DNA from: an uncultured Candidatus Saccharibacteria bacterium
GTDB taxonomy: Bacteria > Patescibacteriota > Saccharimonadia > CAILAD01 > BJGX01
NCBI GenBank assembly: GCA_964610335.1
Contig: CAZSVP010000001.1
Coordinates: forward strand, 351,442 to 415,441
Direction: 5' to 3'
DNA length: 64,000 bases
Numbering within the stretch: position 1 is the stretch's first letter; each line of letters begins with the position of its first letter. Of this stretch, positions 63,466 to 64,000 are shown piece by piece. The notes below the pieces were generated by a model that saw only the letters and a list, made by a program, of their open reading frames with translations, was not told where the DNA came from and ran no database searches. Made by a program: the position numbers and the translations under genes.

Positions 63466-64000
63466 ATGAAAAAAGTATTACGTTATGCAGCTGTTGCAGT
63501 AGCAAGTCTTGGTATGACTGCAGGTGTAGTTTCAGCCAGTTCGGCAGTTATCGGCACAACCGGTCCTAGCTCGAACAATCAAGTAACTGAGACCAACACT
63601 TGGACGTCTACCCGTACCAACAACAACACTGGTGTTGCTACAAACACCAATGCACAAAATGGTGCGACTGGAAATGCTCAAGTCAACAACAACACTACTG
63701 GCGGCTCTGCCATGAGTGGTAATGTTACCAACAGCGCTTCCAGCTCTACTAGCTTTGCATTCAGCAACGTTGGTGGTGGCTTGGTATTGCCTGTCTTGGG
63801 CAACAACAGCTCGACTATCTCAGTAACTGGTCCAAACTCGAACAACCAGGTGTTCTTTACAAACAACGTTAACTCTGTTGTGACTAACAACAACAATGTT
63901 GTCGTTACTAATGTAAACAACCAAACAGGGACCACTGGTAATGCTCACGTGAACAACAACACCACTGGCGGCTCAGCCGTTAGCGGAAGTGTCACTAACA
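63466..64000 (+). CDS. Secreted Asn/Thr-rich repeat protein (partial, runs off the window; absent from the ORF track)
   Basis: AGGAGGTG RBS; MKKVLRYAAVAVASLGMTAGVVSA signal; two ~88-aa repeats TGPxSNNQV...TGNAxVNNNTTGGSAxSG. Confidence 0.85.
   Translation, partial: MKKVLRYAAVAVASLGMTAGVVSASSAVIGTTGPSSNNQVTETNTWTSTRTNNNTGVATNTNAQNGATGNAQVNNNTTGGSAMSGNVTNSASSSTSFAFSNVGGGLVLPVLGNNSSTISVTGPNSNNQVFFTNNVNSVVTNNNNVVVTNVNNQTGTTGNAHVNNNTTGGSAVSGSVTN

Overview
Gene-dense bacterial chromosome segment using genetic code 11. Gene content and surface-protein style point to a Patescibacteria/CPR organism, probably Saccharimonadia-like (inference). Housekeeping genes: infC-rpmI-rplT, ssrA (tmRNA), smpB, argS, trpS, pheST, gyrBA, rmuC, comM, a class I aldolase and a glycosyltransferase cluster. 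The main candidate new system lies at 40.8-57.0 kb. It is a translationally coupled operon encoding a divergent F1-like ATPase (alpha, gamma, beta, truncated epsilon) with no a, b or delta subunit. The operon is headed by an exported protein ending in a subunit-c-like RNP hairpin that lacks the ion-carrying carboxylate. Four membrane-anchored fibre/adhesin genes with S74-type chaperone domains follow directly. Other notable items: an intact-looking NlpC/P60 peptidase domain inserted in PheT; a ~510-nt highly structured ncRNA candidate with its own promoter and terminator; a high-GC purE-purC cassette bounded by inverted repeats; apparently widespread leaderless transcription; and a chaplin/curli-like Asn/Thr-rich repeat gene pair. 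All calls come from reading motifs by eye; no database search was run.
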